A stretch of DNA of 29,403 nucleotides from NCBI GenBank assembly GCA_002314555.1, contig DCGF01000098.1, positions 4,813-34,215 of the forward strand, written 5' to 3'. Shown piece by piece: positions 1-8,048 of the stretch. Numbering within the stretch: position 1 is the stretch's first letter; each line of letters starts with the position of its first letter. A program made the position numbers and the translations under genes. Source of the stretch: Ruminococcaceae bacterium UBA1785. GTDB taxonomy: Bacteria > Bacillota > Clostridia > Oscillospirales > Acutalibacteraceae. The notes below the pieces were generated by a model. That model had not been told where the DNA came from and did no database searches. It was given only the letters and a program-made list of their open reading frames with translations.

Positions 1-65
1 ACTACTACACGATAGAAAGGAGCTTTCTTAGCGCCCATTCTTCTAAGTCTAATTTTTACTGCCAT
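1..65 (-). CDS. rpsP: 30S ribosomal protein S16, 5' part (runs off the window start; not in ORF track)
   Basis: Reverse complement of 1..65 reads ATG GCA GTA AAA ATT AGA CTT AGA AGA ATG GGC GCT AAG AAA GCT CCT TTC TAT CGT GTA GTA = MAVKIRLRRMGAKKAPFYRVV, the S16 N-terminus. A GGAGG RBS lies upstream, and ylxM-ffh-rpsP is the conserved Firmicute order. Confidence 0.95.
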   Translation of the reverse strand, partial: MAVKIRLRRMGAKKAPFYRVV

Positions 66-103
66 TTTAAAATTCCTCCAAGAATTAAATTTAACTAATT
101 TTG

Positions 104-1477
104 TTACATCCCAAATTTACTGAGATCTAGTCCAGCCAAGCTATTTGGGTTCATATTTTTACCCATACGTTTCATAGCTTTCCTGGTTGATTTTGAGTTC
201 ATTTGTTTGAACATCTTTTGCATTTGTCTGAATTGAGCAAGAAGTCTATTAACATCTTCAACCTGCATTCCGCATCCAGCGGCAATACGCTTTTTACGAG
301 AGCCGTTTATGATGTCTGGCTTTTCCCTCTCTCCAGGTGTCATTGATAAGATAATCGCCTGAATTCGGTCAAACTCTCTCTCATCAATTTCAATATCTTT
401 AAGTTGCTTACTAGCGCCAGGTAACATACCGAGCAAATCCTGCATAGGTCCAAGTTTACGAACCTGCTGAAGATTAGAAAGCAAATCATTAAGATCAAAC
501 TTATTCTTTCGAAGCTTTTTCTCAAGCTCGATAGCCGTCTGCTCATCGAATTCCTTTTCGGCCTTCTCAATAAGAGAGAGGACGTCGCCCATGCCGAGGA
601 TTCGGTTAGCCATACGGTCTGGGTGGAAGACATCAAGGTCATCAATCTTCTCACCTGTGCCGACGAACTTAATCGGTTTACCGGTGATAGCTCTAGCTGA
701 GAGAGCGGCACCGCCTCTTGTATCACCATCAAGTTTGGTGAGAACCAAACCATCAAGTCCTAAGTCATCGTTAAAGGTCTGAGCTACATTAACTGCGTCC
801 TGACCTGTCATAGCGTCGACTACAAGAAGGATCTCATGTGGATGAACTTCTGCTTTGATATTTCGAAGCTCTTCCATAAGCTGTTCGTCTATATGCAAAC
901 GACCTGCGGTATCAATAAATACGTAATCATATCCTTGATCCTTAGCCAGTTTGATAGCTTCTTTAGCTATAGTGACTGGGTTGTCCTGTCCCATCTCAAA
1001 TACTGGAACACCAACCTGTTCACCGAGAATTTGCAACTGCTTAATAGCAGCCGGTCTGTAAACGTCACAGGCTACAAGTAAAGGTCTGTGATTTTCAGAC
1101 TTCAAACGCTTAGCGATTTTGGCGCAGTGCGTTGTTTTACCTGAACCTTGGAGACCACACATCATAACTATAGTTGGTGGATGTTGCGCGATAGTAAGAC
1201 GCGTCTGGGTTCCACCCATAAGTTCCGTGAGCTCTTCGTTTACTATTTTGATAACCATCTGTGCCGGTGTGAGGCTTTTCATAACCTCGGCACCTATGGC
1301 TCTTTCAGTAACTGCGTTAGTAAAGTCCTTAGCTACTTTGTAGCTTACGTCCGCCTCAAGTAATGCGAGTCGAACTTCTCGCATAGCCTCCTTAACATCA
1401 GCGTCAGTCAAGGAGCCTTTGCTCTTCAGTCTGGAGAACGCAGCCTCCAGCCTGTCGGACAAGCCTTCAAATGCCAC
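104..1477 (-). CDS. ffh: Signal recognition particle protein Ffh (SRP54)
   Basis: NG-domain GTPase motifs GLQGSGKTT, DVYRPAA, DTAGRLH, TKLDGDTRGGAALS; Met-rich M domain with SRKKRIAAGCG. GTG start, AAGGAG RBS overlapping the ylxM stop. Confidence 0.98.
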   Translation of the reverse strand: MAFEGLSDRLEAAFSRLKSKGSLTDADVKEAMREVRLALLEADVSYKVAKDFTNAVTERAIGAEVMKSLTPAQMVIKIVNEELTELMGGTQTRLTIAQHPPTIVMMCGLQGSGKTTHCAKIAKRLKSENHRPLLVACDVYRPAAIKQLQILGEQVGVPVFEMGQDNPVTIAKEAIKLAKDQGYDYVFIDTAGRLHIDEQLMEELRNIKAEVHPHEILLVVDAMTGQDAVNVAQTFNDDLGLDGLVLTKLDGDTRGGAALSARAITGKPIKFVGTGEKIDDLDVFHPDRMANRILGMGDVLSLIEKAEKEFDEQTAIELEKKLRKNKFDLNDLLSNLQQVRKLGPMQDLLGMLPGASKQLKDIEIDEREFDRIQAIILSMTPGEREKPDIINGSRKKRIAAGCGMQVEDVNRLLAQFRQMQKMFKQMNSKSTRKAMKRMGKNMNPNSLAGLDLSKFGM

Positions 1478-1491
1478 TACGGTGTACTCCT

Positions 1492-1866
1492 TTAAACTTC
1501 TTCGTTGTTAAGAGTCTGTGCTATGAGTTTAATTCTAACAACTGCTTCGTTAATGTCTCTTGAGAGACCTGTACGCATGTTGCTCTCATTTATTATCTCT
1601 GCGCATTCGAGAATCTCATCAATTCCAGCACGAACTTCTTCGAAACGCTTAGCAAGGCCAAGACGCTCTTCCATCTCAAAGAGCTGTCCTTCAGCACGCT
1701 TAATAGCATCTCTTACGCCCTGACGAGTAATGCCTTCGTTCTCGGCAATCTCGGCAAGTGACAAGTCGTCGAAATAATAATATTCAATGAAAGCTCTCTG
1801 CTTATCTGTAAGCATGTCGCCATAAAAATCAAGCAAAACGTTTATAACCTCAAAGTTTTTTGCCAC
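1492..1866 (-). CDS. ylxM: YlxM/UPF0122 family HTH protein (SRP-associated)
   Basis: LLDFYGDMLTDKQR...YYFDDLSLAEIAENEGITRQGVRDAIKRAE...L.EMEERLGL signature, immediately upstream of ffh. Start moved to GTG at 1866 because AAAGGGGG RBS precedes it. Confidence 0.93.
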   Translation of the reverse strand: MAKNFEVINVLLDFYGDMLTDKQRAFIEYYYFDDLSLAEIAENEGITRQGVRDAIKRAEGQLFEMEERLGLAKRFEEVRAGIDEILECAEIINESNMRTGLSRDINEAVVRIKLIAQTLNNEEV

Positions 1867-1901
1867 TATTTGAGCGCCCCCTTTAATCAAATTCCCGCTT
1901 T

Positions 1902-1924
1902 GTGTAAAGTGCTTTTCTTTACAC
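1902..1924. promoter_or_regulatory. Dyad GTGTAAAG-N7-CTTTACAC in the ylxM 5' UTR (candidate operator)
   Basis: Perfect 8-bp inverted repeat gtgtaaag tgctttt ctttacac just downstream of the predicted transcription start. Confidence 0.55.
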
Positions 1925-1935
1925 TGTGTTTATTA

Positions 1936-1964
1936 ATTATATTAATAGAGAACCGTATTGTCAA
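1936..1964 (-). promoter_or_regulatory. Consensus sigma-A promoter of ylxM-ffh-rpsP
   Basis: Minus strand reads TTGACA (1964-1959), 17 nt, TATAAT (1941-1936), a perfect consensus. Confidence 0.85.
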
Positions 1965-1998
1965 GGTTATTTTTTATCTAAATTTTTCCTCCACAATA

Positions 1999-2030
1999 TC
2001 TTGTGTAAAGTTTCAAACTTTTACACAAGA
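1999..2030. promoter_or_regulatory. Second dyad TCTTGTGTAAAG...TTTTACACAAGA upstream of the ylxM -35
   Basis: Near-perfect inverted repeat tcttgtgtaaagtttcaaacttttacacaaga; shares the GTGTAAAG half-site with 1902..1924. Confidence 0.5.
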
Positions 2031-2065
2031 AAACCTCCAAGGCTTATATCCCTTGGAGGCTTTTT
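2027..2065 (-). terminator. Intrinsic terminator of the phoH-recO operon, overlapping the recO stop
   Basis: Stem cctccaagg (2034-2042) / ccttggagg (2051-2059); the recO TAA lies in the loop; minus-strand tail TTTTCTT. Confidence 0.7.
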
Positions 2066-2847
2066 AAAAAGTCTAAAGTTTTAAAATGTCTATCCGTATG
2101 TTCAAGCGCATAGCCCTCTGTGACGGCGGAAAGTTCAAGTTGCGCCTTATCCGTCAGCGTGAAGTCAAAGACTTTCTTTGACTCACTATAAATGATATGG
2201 CGCATGGCCGTCACGGCGCTTATTGAGAGTGGCACCTGCCACGCCGAAAGACCTAGTTTCTCATATTCTGCACTGGTTTGTGGGATATTATCATCTCTAC
2301 TGTCTCCCACTACACAGTTACTGCAGTGGAGGTTCCCGTTTCTAATATCAAAGTACATTATATCCGATTCAAATGCACCGCATTCCTCACATGCTATAAG
2401 GTTCGGCGCATAGCCAGACATGGCTAGCGAGCGAAGCTCTGCTACAGATTTTATCTGTGCGCCGGGCAGTTTCTGCTTTGATAAAAGGAATAGGGAATTT
2501 AAAAGAAGTTTTAGAAGTTCTTCACATTCAGCAGTCTCTGGAGCCAGTTCGCCAAAAAGTTCAGCAAGATAAAAAGCGATACTCATATTATCTATGTTTG
2601 AGCGAAGATCAAAGAAGACCTCCTTCTCAACAGCTGAAGTTACATTATATGCCTCTGAACCCTTATAGAATACAAAGTCAGAATAAGCTAGAAGACCTGT
2701 GCCTGCAAGGTTCTTATTCTTTATAGTTTTTCCACCAGACGCGAAAGCTCGAATAAGTCCATATTTAGATGTTAAAACAGTAATAAGGCGGTCTGATTCT
2801 CCGACATTCTGTTCTTTAATTACAAGACCATCTGTCTCTAAATGCAT
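2044..2847 (-). CDS. recO: DNA repair protein RecO
   Basis: N-terminal OB fold (GLVIKEQNVGESDRLITVLTSKYGLIRAFA), SGYAPNL followed by zinc finger CEEC...CSNC. Start moved to ATG 2847 (GAGGTGG RBS). Confidence 0.93.
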   Translation of the reverse strand: MHLETDGLVIKEQNVGESDRLITVLTSKYGLIRAFASGGKTIKNKNLAGTGLLAYSDFVFYKGSEAYNVTSAVEKEVFFDLRSNIDNMSIAFYLAELFGELAPETAECEELLKLLLNSLFLLSKQKLPGAQIKSVAELRSLAMSGYAPNLIACEECGAFESDIMYFDIRNGNLHCSNCVVGDSRDDNIPQTSAEYEKLGLSAWQVPLSISAVTAMRHIIYSESKKVFDFTLTDKAQLELSAVTEGYALEHTDRHFKTLDFLKSLQGI

Positions 2848-2863
2848 CAGTACCACCTCATTT

Positions 2864-5251
2864 CTATTTCATAGTTACTATTGTTACTCCGTCCTCTCCC
2901 TCGCCGTACATTCCAAGACGGAATTCCTTTACGTGAGGATTCTTTGAGAGGTATTGCTTAACCGCTTTTCTAAGTACTCCAGTTCCCTTTCCGTGAATAA
3001 CAGTGAACTGTTCAATTCCAGAACGGAGCTGCAAATCAATAAATCTATCAAGTGCTGGTATAGCCTCATCCGATGCCATACCACGAAGATCAATTTCAGT
3101 CTTCACTGCCATGTCGAGTTTAGATGTCATGGTTCTCTTTACGGTTCTAGTTCCCTTTGTAGCTTCACGCTTAACTTTGCCCTCAAGGAGTCTAAGGTTT
3201 GAAAGAGGAGTCTTACTCTTTATGATACCTGCAGTTACTTCTACAAGTCCTTTCTTATCAGGAAGAGCTGTAACTGTAGCTGTTGTTCCGAGGTCAGCAA
3301 TTACCACTACATCACCAAGAACTAAATCACGAGGAAGTTCATAATCCTCATCCTGTGCAAGTGCAATAATAGGGTTTGTTATATCGTCAAGTGTTCCTTG
3401 ATGTTTTTTGATAGTAGCTTTAGCAGAAGCTGAAAGTTCTGAGAGATCTTTTGATTTTTTCTGTTCTTTCTTAAGCTTATCGAGGTCATCAAGGAAGTAT
3501 GCAGCTTCGCGCTTTGCAGCCTCAACAATCTTCATAGCTTCAGAACGAGCTTTTTCTATTTCATCGTTCTTAAGTTTTTCAACGCTGTTTCTAAGCTCCT
3601 CTGCCTTCTCTTTTTCAGCGCGAGCTTCTGCAGAGAGTGCTGCAGCTTTTTCATGCTCATCTTCCATAGCCTTACGAGATGTCTCAAGCTGTTCAATAAC
3701 ATCCTCAAACTGGGTGTTCTCAGCTGAAACCAACTCACGTGCATGGTCAACTACTTCTATAGGCATACCAAGGCGTTCTGATATAGCAAAAGCGTTTGAA
3801 CGGCCAGGCGCACCTATAAGTAATCTATAAGTAGGACTAAGTGTATCAACATCAAACTCGCAGCAAGCATTTTCTACAAGTGGAGTTTGAAGAGCATAGG
3901 CTTTAAGTTCTGCATAGTGAGTAGTTGCAGCAATTTTAGCACCTTGGTTTGCAAGTCTCTCAAGTACGGATATAGCGAGAGCAGCACCCTCGATAGGGTC
4001 TGTGCCCGCTCCGAGCTCATCAATAAGTGCAAGACTCTTATCGTCAGCTCTCTTAATAATATCTACTATATTTGTCATATGCGCAGAGAATGTTGAGAGC
4101 GACTGTTCAATGCTTTGGTCGTCACCTATGTCGGCAAAGACATCATGGAATATAGCCATACGGCTATTATCAGCAACAGGAATCATAAGACCTGATGCCG
4201 CCATAATAGATAAGAGACCGATTGTCTTAATAGATACAGTCTTACCACCTGTATTAGGACCTGTGATAACGAGAGTATTAAATCCCTCTCCAAGTCTAAT
4301 GTCGGTCGCCACTACTTTCTTTGGATCAATAAGTGGATGACGAGCTTTTTTAATATCTATAATACCTTCATCATTAAGAATAGGTTCAGACGCCTTCATG
4401 TCATAAGCAAGTTGTGCTTTTGCAAAGATAAAGTTCAAAAGGACAGCTGCTTCATATGAACGCTTAGTCTCCTCATAAACATCTCCTATCATGCTGGAGA
4501 GTTCTGCGAGGATTCGTTCAATCTCATCACGCTCTTTTGACTGAAGTACGCGGATTTCGTTGTTCGCCTCTACAACTGACATAGGCTCAATAAATACTGT
4601 TGCGCCACTGTCAGATGTGTCCTGAACTACGCCCGCTACTTCACCCTTATGCTCACGTTTTACAGGAACTACATAACGTCCGTTACGCATAGTGACAATA
4701 GCATCCTGAAGAGCGGTTTGATAATGCTGTGAATGTATTATGTGGTCGAGTTGCTCTCGAATTTTATTTTCCTGTCTTTTGAGGGATTTTCTAATGTCAG
4801 CAAGTGCAGGTGATGCATTATCCGACATCTCATCCTCTGATAGAATACAAGTATATATCTGATCCTCAACAGTTCTATGAGGAATCAAAGCATTAAAATA
4901 TCTGTTTATTCCAGTATCGACTGACTCGCATTGGTTATACCAGTCACGAAGAGCTCTTATAGTTCTAAGTGTTGATGCACAGTCAAGTAGGTCCTTCATG
5001 GAGAGAATACTACCACTATTTGCTATATGCATAAGACCATTTACATTCTTAAGCCCACCGAATGATGGTCCACCAAATTTAGCAAGAAGAACATAAGCAT
5101 CTACTGTCTCAGAGAGGAGTTTCTGTGCAGAAGCTAAATCCTTTGCAGGCTTAAGCTCTCGCGCCATATCCTCTGCATCTGCGCAAGAGGTCTGTGCCGC
5201 AAGTCTATCTAAGATTTTATCAAAATCTAAACTAAGTAAATGCTTGTCCAC
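2864..5251 (-). CDS. mutS2: MutS2 (RqcU-type) ATPase/endonuclease with KOW and Smr domains
   Basis: ITGPNTGGKT Walker A, DIGDDQSIEQSLSTFSAHM, LIDELGAGTDP, TTHY, long coiled coil, KOW region (LGDVVVIADLG) and C-terminal Smr (IDLRGM...VIHGKGTGVLR). Confidence 0.97.
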   Translation of the reverse strand: MDKHLLSLDFDKILDRLAAQTSCADAEDMARELKPAKDLASAQKLLSETVDAYVLLAKFGGPSFGGLKNVNGLMHIANSGSILSMKDLLDCASTLRTIRALRDWYNQCESVDTGINRYFNALIPHRTVEDQIYTCILSEDEMSDNASPALADIRKSLKRQENKIREQLDHIIHSQHYQTALQDAIVTMRNGRYVVPVKREHKGEVAGVVQDTSDSGATVFIEPMSVVEANNEIRVLQSKERDEIERILAELSSMIGDVYEETKRSYEAAVLLNFIFAKAQLAYDMKASEPILNDEGIIDIKKARHPLIDPKKVVATDIRLGEGFNTLVITGPNTGGKTVSIKTIGLLSIMAASGLMIPVADNSRMAIFHDVFADIGDDQSIEQSLSTFSAHMTNIVDIIKRADDKSLALIDELGAGTDPIEGAALAISVLERLANQGAKIAATTHYAELKAYALQTPLVENACCEFDVDTLSPTYRLLIGAPGRSNAFAISERLGMPIEVVDHARELVSAENTQFEDVIEQLETSRKAMEDEHEKAAALSAEARAEKEKAEELRNSVEKLKNDEIEKARSEAMKIVEAAKREAAYFLDDLDKLKKEQKKSKDLSELSASAKATIKKHQGTLDDITNPIIALAQDEDYELPRDLVLGDVVVIADLGTTATVTALPDKKGLVEVTAGIIKSKTPLSNLRLLEGKVKREATKGTRTVKRTMTSKLDMAVKTEIDLRGMASDEAIPALDRFIDLQLRSGIEQFTVIHGKGTGVLRKAVKQYLSKNPHVKEFRLGMYGEGEDGVTIVTMK

Positions 5252-5260
5252 TGTCTGCTC

Positions 5261-6160
5261 CTATTCGTTCTCAAGTCCGAAATTCTTAATTAGGCCCTCA
5301 CGGTCACGCCAACCCTCTTTTACCTTTACCCAGCACTGTAGGTTGATATGGCAGTCAAAGAATTTTTCCATATCCTGTCTAGCATATGTGGAAACTTTCT
5401 TTAACATAGCACCGTTTTTGCCAATGATAATCCCTTTATGTGTTTCGCGCTCGCAATAGATTGTAGCTTCGATATCAAGGATATCGGAGTCGTCTCGCTC
5501 GCGCATCTTTTCAATACTAACAGCCACACCGTGAGGTACTTCCTTATCCAAAAGACGTAGAAGTTTCTCCCTAATTATCTCCCCTGCAATAACCCTTTCA
5601 GGTTGATCTGTCAAAGTGTCATCTGGGAAGAAATGAACTGATGGCTGTGCTAGATTTTCAAGCTCATCAAGGAGTTCCTCAACAGCAGTGCCTTTTACTG
5701 CTGAGATAGGAACTATAGCCTCAAAATCATAGAGTTCATTAAACTGCATGATACGAGCTAATATTTCGCTCATATCCTTTAGCATATCAATTTTATTTAT
5801 AGCTAAAATTACAGGTATATTGAGTTTCTTAAACTTTTCGATAAGTTCAAGTTCGCCAGGCTTTATGTCTCCCTCTGCCTCGACAACAAAGAGGCAGGCG
5901 TCCACACCGCCGATGCTGTCTGTCACAGCCTTCACCATGTTCTCACCGAGTTTATTTTTTGGTCGGTGATAACCTGGTGTGTCGGTGAAGACAAGTTGAC
6001 AGGCGCCCCTTGTGAGGACGCCCATAATCTTCGTTCTTGTTGTCTGTGGTTTGCTTGAAACAATAGCAATCTTTGTACCAAGAATGTTATTAAGAAGCGA
6101 TGATTTGCCAACATTTGGACAACCTACAATCGCTATAAATGCTGTAGTTGTATTCTGCAT
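5261..6160 (-). CDS. era: GTPase Era
   Basis: GCPNVGKSSL, KPQTTR, DTPG, NKID, then KH domain with IIIGKNGAMLK. Confidence 0.97.
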   Translation of the reverse strand: MQNTTTAFIAIVGCPNVGKSSLLNNILGTKIAIVSSKPQTTRTKIMGVLTRGACQLVFTDTPGYHRPKNKLGENMVKAVTDSIGGVDACLFVVEAEGDIKPGELELIEKFKKLNIPVILAINKIDMLKDMSEILARIMQFNELYDFEAIVPISAVKGTAVEELLDELENLAQPSVHFFPDDTLTDQPERVIAGEIIREKLLRLLDKEVPHGVAVSIEKMRERDDSDILDIEATIYCERETHKGIIIGKNGAMLKKVSTYARQDMEKFFDCHINLQCWVKVKEGWRDREGLIKNFGLENE

Positions 6161-6666
6161 TATTCGTCTCCCATGTAATAGCTTCCGTCACGCTTAAGGC
6201 CAAGTTCTGTTAGAGCCTGCTCTTCCTTCTCACGCATACGAAGGAGTTCGAGACCACCGTTTTCATGGTCATATCCAAGAAGATGAAGCATAGAATGAAC
6301 AGTTAAATAACCTACTTCTCTCTGAAGAGAGTGACCGTATCTCTCAGCCTGTTCAAGAGCCTTTTCAAATGATATTACGATATCACCGAGCTGAGCTTCG
6401 CCTGTGTTAAGGTTTATATCATAAACTCCATCAACACCAAGCGGGAATGATAGCACATCTGTCTCACTGTCAATATTTCTATGTTCTTTATTTAGTGCTT
6501 TAATCTGTTCGTTATCAACAAGGGTAACGGAAACCTCAGCATCAGATTCAAAGTTTTCCATTGCGAGCACAGCTGTGCAACAGCGACGAATAAGCATACG
6601 AATTCCCTTTGGAACTTTTACGCTTTTCTGTTCATTTTCAATTACAACCTTAACCTTATTTGCCAT
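6160..6666 (-). CDS. ybeY: rRNA maturation RNase YbeY
   Basis: TDVLSFP, LGDIVIS, HSMLHLLGYDH (H3XH5XH). Start taken at ATG 6666, overlapping the phoH end; 1-nt overlap with era. Confidence 0.96.
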   Translation of the reverse strand: MANKVKVVIENEQKSVKVPKGIRMLIRRCCTAVLAMENFESDAEVSVTLVDNEQIKALNKEHRNIDSETDVLSFPLGVDGVYDINLNTGEAQLGDIVISFEKALEQAERYGHSLQREVGYLTVHSMLHLLGYDHENGGLELLRMREKEEQALTELGLKRDGSYYMGDE

Positions 6667-7633
6667 GACGTTTGCCCTCCATTTTTTCAGCATACTGTTC
6701 ATATGCCTTTACAATTTCTTGTACTAAGTGGTGGCGAACTACATCCCGTTCGTCGAATTTGACTGTAGTAATACCTTCTATATTTTTAAGGATTTTTGTC
6801 ACTTCAACAAGTCCAGACTTTTTACCTCCAGGTAAATCAATCTGAGTGATGTCTCCTGTGATAACTGCTTTTGAGCCATTACCGAGACGAGTTAAGAACA
6901 TCTTCATCTGTTCGGATGTGGTGTTCTGTGCCTCATCAAGAATAATAAAGCTCTCATCTAAGGTCCTACCACGCATATATGCGAGTGGGGCCACTTCTAT
7001 CACGCCACGCTCCATCTGACGCTGAAATCCATCAGGTCCAAACATCTCAAAGAGTGCATCGTAAAGAGGTCTAAGATATGGGTCAACCTTCTGTTGAAGG
7101 TCACCTGGTAAGAAGCCGAGGCTCTCTCCTGCTTCAACTGCAGGACGTGTCAAAATAATACGGTTAACTTCCTTTGCTTTAAAGGCTTTAACAGCCATCG
7201 CAACAGCGAGGTAAGTTTTACCGGTTCCCGCAGGGCCAATTCCGAAAACGACTGTGTTGTCACGGATAGAATCTATATATTTCTTTTGACCGAGAGTCTT
7301 AGCTTTAATAGGCTTTCCGCTTGCAGTAATACAGATGCAGTCAGACATAAGCTTTTTAAGGTCTTCACTCTGCCCACCTTTTGTCATATCGATGACATAA
7401 TGGACATTCTGCTCGTTAAGTTCCTCTCCCTTTGAGAGAAGAGCAAGGAGACCATCAACTGCTTTAGCTGCGTTCTTTACCGCATCATCATCTCCGGTAA
7501 TCTTTACAAGATCACCTCTGATAACAACAGTGACATCATATTCACTTTCGAGAATCTTAATATTCTCATCAAGGCTTCCAAAAAGCCCAAGAACATTTTC
7601 AAAATTATCAAAATGTATAATTTGTTCTGCCAC
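6656..7633 (-). CDS. phoH: PhoH/YbeZ family ATPase
   Basis: GPAGTGKTYLA, LTRPAVEAGESLGFLPGDL, PLAYMRGRTL, DEAQN, GDITQIDLP; adjacent to ybeY as usual. Confidence 0.95.
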   Translation of the reverse strand: MAEQIIHFDNFENVLGLFGSLDENIKILESEYDVTVVIRGDLVKITGDDDAVKNAAKAVDGLLALLSKGEELNEQNVHYVIDMTKGGQSEDLKKLMSDCICITASGKPIKAKTLGQKKYIDSIRDNTVVFGIGPAGTGKTYLAVAMAVKAFKAKEVNRIILTRPAVEAGESLGFLPGDLQQKVDPYLRPLYDALFEMFGPDGFQRQMERGVIEVAPLAYMRGRTLDESFIILDEAQNTTSEQMKMFLTRLGNGSKAVITGDITQIDLPGGKKSGLVEVTKILKNIEGITTVKFDERDVVRHHLVQEIVKAYEQYAEKMEGKRHGK

Positions 7634-7761
7634 AAAAACGGACCCTTCCTATTATAATCGAAACAATTATATTCTACTTTTCATAAAAAGTTAATTGACA
7701 TTTTAGCTAAATTTCACATAATTTTCTTGTTAAAAGACATTTTGGGCACTTTTGTAGTCCC

Positions 7762-7790
7762 TTGTAAAATTTGCATCTTTGTGCTAAAAT
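7762..7790 (+). promoter_or_regulatory. Candidate sigma-A promoter with extended -10 for the Cys4 protein-DUF1015 pair
   Basis: TTGTAA (7762-7767), 17 nt, TAAAAT (7785-7790) with TG at 7782-7783. A second candidate TTGACA-16-CATAAT lies at 7695-7722. Confidence 0.5.
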
Positions 7791-7822
7791 TTCCCTATTC
7801 TATTTTGTTAGGAGATATACCA

Positions 7823-8038
7823 GTGAAAAAGCTTTTTAATGAAGACATCTCGCCTCAATGTGAATACTGTCACTATGGACGCATCACACCGGATAATTAT
7901 AGTGTCCTCTGTGAAAAGCGTGGTATTATGCTTCCAAACTCATACTGTAAATCTTTTAAGTACGATGTTTTAAAGCGTCGTCCACAGAAGAAACTTCAAC
8001 TCTTTGCTGATTATTCAGCTGATGATTTTAAACTTTAA
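7823..8038 (+). CDS. Small (71 aa) four-cysteine hypothetical protein, probably metal-binding
   Basis: GTG at 7823 preceded by AGGAG; C-x2-C-x13-C-x11-C (CEYC...LCEKRG...YCKSFKYD); stop followed directly by the RBS of the next gene. The longer ORF-track start has no RBS. Confidence 0.8.
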   Translation: MKKLFNEDISPQCEYCHYGRITPDNYSVLCEKRGIMLPNSYCKSFKYDVLKRRPQKKLQLFADYSADDFKL

Positions 8039-8048
8039 GGAGTAAGCA

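Noticed and set aside
340-1363. Alternative-frame and antisense ORFs over ffh
   Set aside because: Fully overlap a well-supported conserved gene; no recognisable domains.
3003-4340. Plus-strand ORFs of 113, 140 and 112 aa opposite mutS2
   Set aside because: Ser/Phe/Ala-rich antisense shadows of a coiled-coil and ATPase coding region; no RBS or motifs.
7727-7822. N-terminal extension of the small Cys protein given by the ORF track
   Set aside because: Runs through promoter-like sequence with no RBS; the GTG at 7823 has AGGAG at correct spacing. The same reasoning shortened ylxM, recO, ybeY, the lipoprotein, rimI, the RR and the permease.
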